Origin: Sphaeroforma arctica JP610 | Taxonomy: Eukaryota | Assembly (NCBI RefSeq): GCF_001186125.1 | Contig: NW_014040002.1 | Coordinates: 26,859-60,254 of the forward strand | Direction: 5' to 3' | Length of the DNA stretch: 33,396 nt | Part shown: positions 20,613 through 30,478 of the stretch, piece by piece | Numbering within the stretch: the first letter of the stretch is position 1 | Layout: each line of letters starts with the position of its first letter | Notes under the pieces: generated by a model | Told to the model about the DNA's origin: nothing | Databases searched by the model: none | What the model saw: only the letters and a program-made list of their open reading frames with translations | Position numbers and translations under genes: made by a program

Positions 20613-23446
20613 ATTACTTTAAGACGGAATAGACAAATAAAAACGCAACTCTTTTTCTATAAATATCCTATATATATAAATAAGTACCGTTTATGGCTAC
20701 TGTTGGGGCGAACAGCCAAGCTGCACGACCGAATAATGTTTATATAAAGTTAACCACACAAATCACAAGACACAGGTACACACTGTACCAAGTTCAATAC
20801 AATAAGTTAAAATATCAGATCAAGCCCATAGGAATGGCAACTATAAAATAAATATTAGTGTTGGCACTGGGCAACACAGTGAGAACACCAAGAAAAAGCA
20901 TATGAAAAATTTCACAGCACATGATGAACATCTCGTATATTAGATGAGACCATATATCTATATATCAGATATCTGTCCAATTAAAATACTTTCCGCTTAC
21001 ACTTATCCGTCACTAATCAGGAACCACACTCCCAAATCCCAATCTTCTATTCTCTCTATTTTTAGTTAATAATATTTCTAGAATGAGTTATGAGGGATCA
21101 CTGATGATTCAATATCCATAGAGAGAATCAAAAAATCTGACAACATATGTGTACGTCTAAAAATATGAAAATGGGTTTTTTTAGAACAAAAAGTAGCCTG
21201 CGTCCTGCGGTCAGACCTGTACAGACCTTTACTTTTTTTTACTTTTTACTTTTTTTTAGGCCTTGGGGCTGGGGGAGTGGGGGGCACTGTGGTCTAGGGG
21301 CTGGCGGCTGGGGGGCGAGGCTGCGGGAGTGCGCCAGTGCTAGGGGGTAAAAAGTTATATATATAAATGTGTGCGTGAGTGATTTCAAGGTATTTATTTG
21401 TAGCTATAGTATTGGTCGGCGAATTGACTATTTGGACATTCCAATAATTTGAGATCTGAACTATATAAATACAATCAGTATTGACATATTTATTTAACTA
21501 TTTTAAAAAACCGATACAGATGTACATACACATATTTGAATTTATGTATCAGCTGAGTATTAAAATATGTGGTACATACAGTGGTCACTGTACAAAGTGT
21601 AGGACGAGACTACTATGTAGGCCGTGTAGGAGTCAGGACTCAGGATTGTATGGCTGTATGCCTGCAGGCTGCAGGCTTCAGGCTATGGGTAATTGGTTAC
21701 AAATGACTTCACATTTTGCTCAAAGAAATAATTCATGTACTCTATAGAGAGGCTCCAGAGTTCAGACTTCACAATGTACATATGTATGTTCTTCAGTTTT
21801 GAGTTACTCTGAGGCGGCAGAGCCTCAGAGCCTTAGAGCTTAGGCCCTCAAACTTCAAACTCTGAGACCAGACTGCCAGAGGCCCAGAGCTTCAGTTTCT
21901 CGCAGCCTCAGACACTCGCAGACATTGAGAGGCTGAGACTGAGGAGTAAGGACTGAGAGTCTGAGAGACTGAGAGGTACAGACCTCAGTTAACCCTTATT
22001 CCCTCCACAGTCAGATACAGAACGGAGACTCGGGACTCGGGGCTCGGGAGTTAGATCATATGTCAAGCCGTTTTCAAAAAGGCACTGCCCCTATGTAAAT
22101 ATTAGATTAGGGGCTAGCGGCCGCCCAGTGGAAGCCTGGTCGAAGCACCTTTATTAGCCTGTAGCCTTAGTCTTGGGGCTTAGAGCACGCAACAACTTCA
22201 CAGTTATATCACGTGTGTGTTGAGTTGTTGAGTTATGACTTGTTACTGTTGTTGTGTTCGCAGTTCGCAACACGATACACGACTACTCCTCTGTACTCTA
22301 TATGCTACTCTAATAAAAGCAAGGAAAAATGTCCACCGTCCGAGTTCAGAAAAGCATTTGTCACCAAGCTAGGTACGAATCATTGCGCCAGAAAAAGTCT
22401 CCAAAATCGAGGCCGTAATGTACTTGCGAAATGATTGGATTTGAAATGTCAATTCACAATATTACAAGATCAATCTTCCGTGTGTAGAAAAACTGAAAAA
22501 GAACCAAAAAGCCAAAAATAAGGAAATATTTACATGAGTTATCTGATGGCAGTGCTGCTCGCACTACTAGTAGCAGTCACTGTATTTTTTTAGTATTTTA
22601 CCAAAAAAACAAAACCCGAGTGAAAAGCGGGCAGCTTCCCAGGACCCAGTCCCTTCAAATCCAGGAATCTCTACTATAGCCCAGCCTCTCTTTCTTTCTC
22701 CTTCACATTTTTTTTACAAAAACAACAAAAGATAAATAGTAGTAGCAGCGATAGTAGTAGTACTAGTAGCAAACTCTCTAGCAATAGGCGATGCCACAGT
22801 CCACAAGTCCAAACCAAACTGGCAAACTCCAACCACAACAAGGCAACCATTCAACAGTCCGATTCCAAACCCAATGAAAAGAAACAAATATTTTCTAAAT
22901 TTCCACAAACAAAACACATGACACAATACACAGGTTTTGAGTTTTCATTCCCGATGTTTTTAATTATTTTAATTATTATATTTGTTATGTAAAAAGTATT
23001 TTAAATTTCAACCCCAAAGGAGTCAAGGACAGACACAAGAAAGTCATTGGCTCTGGGTTTATACCCAATGAAATTTGAATAAGAATGACGTCTAAAAACT
23101 GAATACTCGTAGTCCGTAGAGGAAGAAAAACCAAAAGTGGGATTTTCTTTATTTAAATTAATCTGACATTAGCTCTGTAAAAAGAATATTGCCTGTAGGC
23201 TGCAGCTGATGGTGGAAAGTGGAAAGTGAGTCTGTGACTCAGGGGGACTCCTGTCGCGACAGTCTGGAATTAAAGTCGAAATTCTCTTGGCTATCAACTT
23301 CGAAGTTGTTAATCCGCCTGATCTTCTATGTTTATTTATGATACCACACAACACTTTCAACCGATCAGTTCATCGCACTTCGACATACAATACTTCGACA
23401 TTGTTTTGGTACCTGCGATACAAAATCGACACCCTCACTATACATC

Positions 23447-26400
23447 ATGCCTCCAATTCCACATAATCTTCAAAACCGTGAGCCGGTCCAGGTCGAGACC
23501 GGCCCCGGCGCCAAATCGCCACCAAACGGCACGGGTGTGCATCGCAGATCGTCCATACGAAGCACATCGACCTCACTGAGCCGCAACTCGAGTTCTAATT
23601 TTATATCACGCACATACAGTCGCGGTAGTAGCAGCAGTCTGAATAAGATCGCATTAGACGCACAAGTGCGCTATGCAAGTGTGAACGGCCACACAGCTGC
23701 ATCGTACGTGGCCTATGCTGTGTCGGATATCAACTTCGTATACCCATCTGCGCCATCCGCTTACTTGGGGTCAGATGTCGATGAATGGCACGCGAGTGAT
23801 GTCAAAAATGCTTACGGTCATACCGGAAAGCACTCCAAACTTCAGGTAAGTACGATACCAATCAAATACAATTATCTGTGCTCTCGGTTTAGTCAAGTAT
23901 GTTTACTCGCGTCGTATTCGAGGGAAGCATGCCGTTTTTGAATAATGTGTTTCAAATTGCAGTACTAAAGTTTAATTTATTGTGCCGCAGAAAATTCGTT
24001 ATTATATAGAAACTACGTATATTTACTTCTGACTTGGCGATACACTGGTGCACATATAGATAGATGTTATGGATACCGCGTGTACAGGTTTTAAGTATAA
24101 ATTTATGCATCTATATATATGTATATGTGTGTTTTGAATGTGTATACGTGAGAACGTCCCGCATATGACTACATGTCGTACATTTCTAAAAAACTAACTA
24201 CCGACTGAGCACAATTTGTAAAAAAAAAATCATGAATATGATATTACTCACGGGACGTTAAATAAGATGGAGTTCTGATATTTATTTATTTTTATGAAAT
24301 TATAGGTGAAGGCTGGTGCTGGTTTGGTCCTCCACGGTGCTCTATCTGTGGGAGAGCTCGGTACAGTCTATGCCGCATCCGACGCTATTAAATTTATGCT
24401 ACCAACCATACATTACTTAGCAAACAGTCAGCTATCAAGCGTGATGCATTTTGATACAAAATCACTCGGCGACGACCTGACTGTTAACGTGAACCACACA
24501 CAAATCATGTTGGCTCGCAATACCGGAGCTGTTATCTTGAGTTCGCACTCGGTGCAGGAAACCCACGATATCGCACTAATTGCACACATCCTTACCCTAC
24601 GTGGTAAAGTGCCAGTAATGCACATGATAGACGGATCCAACACAGCACGGGAGACGTCACGTGCACGCCTGTTGCAGTACGGCGAGATCAACTCACTAAT
24701 GAACAAATATGGCGATCTCGAGAGACACCGCGAGCAGTCCAACTCTGCACGCCACCAGCCTGTGACGGGCTCAACCCATAACTCGTCCGAGACTACCGCA
24801 CAGATCGCCGAGGATGTTATGCGTGAGGTATCAGATGCCTTGGGTGTGCGCTACGCACCCTTCGAGTACGTAGGGGCCCGTGACGCCGAAGTCGTGGTGG
24901 TGGTAATGGGCTACCCCGCCCAGGTCTTCTCCGAAACAAGTCGTCTGTTGTGCAGTGTAGGTCGCCCTGTGGGTGTGCTTAAGATCCGTATGTACCGCCC
25001 CTGGTCCGCCCGGCACTTCGTGTCCGCGCTACCCGTATCCGCCAAGCGGCTGGTGGTTATGGACTTCACATCACCCCAGGCATCAGTGCACGTACCTGGT
25101 GCTCTGTTCTTGGATGTTTTGGCTACCGTGGAATCCCAGATCTACGGCACTAAGAAACCTCAGGTGTTGCAAGGCAAGGCCTCTGTGGCAACATTCACAC
25201 CGGCGATGGCCAAGGCCGTCTTTGACTTTGCGGCACACCAAACACGTACATCGTTCACTATTGGACACGAAGGTGCGTCAGCGTACGAGCTAGAAATTGA
25301 AGGGGATGTATCGGCTGTGCCCGAGAATGTGAGTCAGGTGCTGGTATGGCAAAAGGAGAGCGACAACCTGCTCGAACCCATGAACAACCTGCTCTCCACG
25401 CTATGTGACGGCTCCGACACATTCGTACAAAGCAACACATTCTACGATGCGTACAAGCATGGTGGGGTATCCACCTCTCACATCCGCTTGGGTCCCTCAC
25501 CAATCAACGCCCCTTATCCTATCGGCGAGGCTAACCTTGCGATCGTGTCGAGCTCATCCCTGCTAGAAGCGTACGATGTAGTGGCTTCGTTGCGAACGGG
25601 AGGTGTACTTTTAATTAACGCCAGCGTCGAGAGTGTCGACGAGAAGAGCGACGAGCTTCCTACGCTTTTCAAGCAGGAGGTTCTGAACAAGGAAATTTCA
25701 GTATATACCATCGATTTTGAAAAGATAGTGCGAGAGAGCGGATTAGAGCACGAACATGAGGCCACGGCTATGGCAGTTGCTCTGATTACTTCAATTGTTC
25801 GTTTGGCTGGGCTTGCTTCTTTCGAGGCCACCCTTGTTGATCTTCGCACTTGTCTGGATGAGAAGGCAATCGACAGTGAAGTGTTCGAACGCCAAATACA
25901 GATTCTGGAACAGGTGATCGAGAGCGGACTAGTGTTGCAAAAGATTCCGGAAAGTTGGGGAGAGGTACCTTTGCCTCTTGAGATCAAAGAGGGCGAAGAT
26001 GTACCCGAGGTTCTGGCTTTACCTACCGCGGTAGCCGGCAATTTGCTACCCAGCACTGGATACAAGTACGAGGAGCCGAAAACTCATGTGCACTCGAAGT
26101 CTCACCACGCAGCATGGATGGGTATGTTCTCTGAGGCCTATCAGACCAGGGAAGCACTCCGCCCCTCAGAGCACACATCGTATGTGGTCACGTGTACCGA
26201 GAACCGACGCCTGACACCCGACGACTACGAGAGGAATGTCTTCCATATGGAGATGGACATTACTGGCACTGGTTTGGTGTACAATATTGGAGATGCACTT
26301 GGTGTTTGGGGATCCAATGGAGATGACGAAGTGAATGATTTCCTACAGTTCTATGGTCTGAACGGTGATGATGTTGTCGGCGCTGCTCGAGCTCCGTCCG

Positions 26401-27460
26401 GTCACCATGCTGATGAGGCAATCGCGAACGCCAACGTGGAGTACAGAACTATTACGCACTGGCTGCAACAAGTGACTGACCTATTCGGCCGACCTGGTAA
26501 AGGATTTTATGAAGCCTTAGCTGAATACGCTGAAGATCCGGATGAAAAGGCGGAATTACTGCGACTAATTGGAGACACGGGCAAACCTGATTTCAAGAAG
26601 AGGGTGGAGGAGACGGTTACATACGCTGATGTATTGAGGGAGTTCCCCAGTGCGCACCCCTCAGTGGAGGATTTGATCAAGCTCATTGCACCCATCAAAC
26701 CAAGGCACTATTCTATTGCTTCGTCGCAGCGCATGCACGCAAACTCAGTGCACTTACTGGTCGTGGTACACGACTGGCAGACACCCGCAGGCAGACATCG
26801 TATCGGTCAGTGCACGCGCTACCTGGTGGGTGTACGCCCTGGAACCAAGATGACCGTGTGTGTAAAGCCGTCGGTGATGATCTTACCGCCCAGGCAGACA
26901 CAAGCATGTATCATGTCCGGCTTGGGAACGGGTATGGCACCCTTCCGCGCGTTTATACAGGAGCGTGCGTGTGCTAAGCTAGCTGGAGAAGAGGTTGGTC
27001 CTATGATCTTGTACTTCGGGTCACGTTCAAGGGGACAGGAGTACCTGTACGGAGAGGAGTTAGAGGCTTACCATGCGGATGGTCTGCTCAGCGGCCTTCG
27101 TCTGGCGTTCTCGCGAGATCAACCCCATAAGGTAAGTACATGTCAGATTAGTCTATTCTGCTGTACATGGTCTCAGTAAAATGTATTGTACTTGTTCTTC
27201 CCGCTTACGCACCTGCTTCACTTTTCACCTATCAGATATATATTCAGCACAAGATGATGGAGGACAAGGAATACCTCAACGAATACCTTAACAACAGCGA
27301 CGGACACTTCTATCTGTGCGGCCCTACATGGCCTGCGGGCGATGTTCGTGATGCTATTGTTGGCAGTTTCGTGGAAGCCGGTGGTCTGAGTGAGGCCGCG
27401 GCGACCATGACCCTACAGAAACTTAAGGATGATGAGAGATATATCCTCGAGGTGTATTAA
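23447..27460 (+). CDS. MET10: Sulfite reductase [NADPH] alpha (flavoprotein) subunit, fungal Met10 type: PFOR-like domains + FAD/NADPH-binding FNR-like domain, about 1149 aa
   Basis: Exons 23447-23845, 24306-27131, 27236-27460, with GTAAGT..AG phase-0 introns; spliced CDS is 3450 nt. Motifs KAGAGLVLHG, MYRPWS, ENRRLTPDDYERNVFH, IKPRHYSIASS, GLGTGMAPFRAF, LYFGSR, FYLCGPTWP, and C-terminal ERYILEVY. Confidence 0.95.
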
Positions 27461-27567
27461 ATATAGTGATAAAAAACTCATGAAAAGAAATAAATTCAAA
27501 TTGAAAGTACTTTGAGAATTAATCAAGTATGCATCATTGTTTGCCTAATGCTGCAGTCCTTTTTGGA

Positions 27568-27900
27568 GCTAATGAAAGATCATATGTTTCAGTCCTCCAA
27601 GGCTAGTCAAAGATCATATGTTTCGGTTCTTTAGGGCCAGTTAAAGGACCACATGTTTTAGTCCTCTAGGGCTAGTGAAGGATCTTATGTTTCAGTCCTT
27701 TAGGGCCAGTGAAGGACCATATGTTTTAGTCCTTTAGGGCTAGTGAAGGATCATATGTTTCAGTCCTCTAGGGCTAGTGAAGGATCTTATGTTTCAGTCC
27801 TTTAGGGCCAGTGAAGGACCATATGTTTTAGTCCTTTAGGGCTAGTGAAGGATCATATGCCTCAGTTCTTTATCGCTAGTGAAGGATTAAATGTTCTAGT
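27568..27900. repeat. 34-bp minisatellite, about 9.7 copies, consensus GCTAGTGAAGGATCATATGTTTCAGTCCTTTAGG
   Basis: Contiguous units start at 27568, 27602, 27636, 27671, 27705, 27739, 27773, 27807, 27841 and 27875; no spacers between units. Confidence 0.95.
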
Positions 27901-29881
27901 TCAAAATACCTTTTCGTGTGGTAAAGAGTATAGAACCTCAGGCAACACTGCATAAAACACGCATAGCAAGATTTACTTCGTCTGTATCTTCAAGCTCGAC
28001 TGAGACGTAACAGGCCCAGAGTGCACATACACACCCATTCTATCTGGTTAGCAGCCACTATAGGTCTAAAATGAGATCTACCTCAATGTACGGCTCTTAA
28101 ATGATTGAACGCGGTATTCAGAACAATTTGCAAGCCCACCACTGCGTAACAACAGTTTGATCGTATATATGTTGCGCATACCCGCGCTCAGGTGTGCATT
28201 TATACGATTTTATTTAATTATATATATAATTAGTAAATATAAGCTCTACACAATCGAAGATATGGGCGGTAATTCAACTATCACCGTTTATATCCATGTG
28301 GATTTTGGTCGCAGTTCGATTCCTGAGAATACAGAGTAAATCATTCTTATCTGAATGACGCTTGTATGCGCCCTACTGATTAGTAGTAAGCGTTGTTCAT
28401 ATATAAGTTGTGCTAATAAGGTACAGTGTAGTCTGCACGCCAATGCAGTTTATTAGCTTTGTACAAGACTAATGCATACGAATTGTAATCTCTAATTTAA
28501 CTTAGCGCTAGCAGGGCTGCACATGGTACTAGGCACCTGTACAGTGTATGTGTAACACGACGAGCACGGTGAGTACTAAGGTATATGTATACGTACGTGC
28601 ACACTCCCGCATCATGTCTACAGCAGCGGTCCTATGCAACTTCATCAGAGATCTGTACTGTGATGGGGACAGCTAGAATCTTTTGTTGTGCATATGCGGA
28701 ATACAGGCCATGTATCTATTGTAGTACGTATACAGACTTCAGACTGGAAAACAATCATTGGGATCAGGCTCGTGTCCTTTACCAATGGGTTTGGGTTGTG
28801 TCTAACGCTAGCTTACGTTTGCCCCTATCACCAGCAGCGCCTGTTAACACCAATTATACGCCTCAGCCGTAGAATCATAAGCAGCAGACCAATACCTAAG
28901 AAGTTGAACAAACCTGTTAGCTCCCCGGGCGGAGTGCTCGAATAAGTAACAGTTGTAGTAGCCTGGAGTGGCACGGAGTCGATACATGAGCTCAGGAATA
29001 ACAGTGACTCGCTTGAAGCGTCGAGAAACGAGACGGCTTTGAACATATTGGATGGCGGCCGTTCGGATATTCGGCCGCGACGACCACTTTAGAAGGTACA
29101 CTCTGTATGTCCAGCTGTATTCGTTCAAGTGAGGTACATCGTACACGTACGCATATCATTAGGTGACCCCTTCCGAGCGCACAATTCGGTGCACCACCGC
29201 CGACCTTTGCCACCCACACTGTCGCGCACGAATCAACCCGTACGACAACGCACCGGCCTATCACCACATACCAGACAAGTAAGGTTGTCGTACGCCAGCA
29301 GTGTAACCAGCGGGCCGCACCCTAAGTAGGACGTGTCTTGTTCGCCTAGTACCATCCCTAATGGCACAGATAGATATACAATCACAGCATACCCTCGGCC
29401 TGACCCACCCCAAACAGACTCGCCCAACTGTGTCACTAGCATGCATAGGTAGACCATCTGGCATACACACAACCAGCCACCCCAGAACGGGCGTAAGCTA
29501 TTGTATCACCGAAGCTCGTGTACTCGTGTCTATTGCATACTTGTCGTATCCCACACGCGTTGCATCCCAGGCGGCACACTTGTCGGTTTGCAGGCATAGA
29601 CTTGCTGCCTTGTCGGATTAAGGGTGCAGACTTGACAAGCATAAACATGTGGGATTGCATAGGCAACCAAACGGGCGCTGCAGCTATCACGCATTCAGCC
29701 AGTCAAGCCATCTAAGTGCGATCCACGCTCCTGTGAGTTGCACACTAATTAAGCGATAAAGTGCCGTAGAGTGGATATGCTGTATACTACCACCATTCTC
29801 AAGTGCAGCAACCCTTACAATAGACTATACTGAATGCATCGACCGCCGCCAAGCTGTCACGCGGACTTAACCCGAAACAAA

Positions 29882-29947
29882 GAAGTACGACCCCGTGTCA
29901 ACGAAGTACGACCCCATGTCAACGAAGTACGACCCCATGTCCAACGT
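29882..29947. repeat. 21-bp tandem repeat (GAAGTACGACCCCATGTCAAC) x about 3
   Basis: Read directly. Confidence 0.9.
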
Positions 29948-30419
29948 ACGGCTTGTTCATGTCGTATCGTGCAGTGATATCGGTCAACCTGTGGTCCCTG
30001 TGCTGGTTTCTGACATGATTGGACATGATCCTAATCTCCCGATCAAAGCGAGTAGTCCTGTTGTGGATCGATTCGACATCGTCTTATTCATGGGTCCTCG
30101 GATTCTATGTCTGTGACTCGTTGCACCGTTGCCTTACGTCTGACACCGTGCACGTGAAGTCTCAGAACTGACGCCGATTCCCTACCACCCCATCCGGTCA
30201 TCTCATACAATAACATGCTTCTCTCGTGATACCAATATATATCTCTGAGGGAAGTAAGCGTGTAACTAATAGTAATAGCACATACCAACTCCCTCCCCGT
30301 CCCCGGTGTCTGTCCGATCCAATACATAATCCTACCGAACGCAGCCCGTCTCTCGCACAGTTTTCTCTTCCGATACCGTCAGCGTACGTGTATCTCCAAT
30401 ACATACTACTACCCCCTGC

Positions 30420-30420
<1 letters not shown>

Positions 30421-30450
<30 letters not shown>
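30421..30450. repeat. (CT)n microsatellite just past the Raptor stop codon
   Basis: Run of tc dinucleotides. Confidence 0.9.
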
Positions 30451-30478
30451 TGCCGACACACACCCACCCACCGACTGC

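Noticed and set aside
27568..27900. CRISPR array (34-bp partly palindromic repeats)
   Set aside because: Units are contiguous with no unique spacers, there are no cas genes, and the context is eukaryotic.
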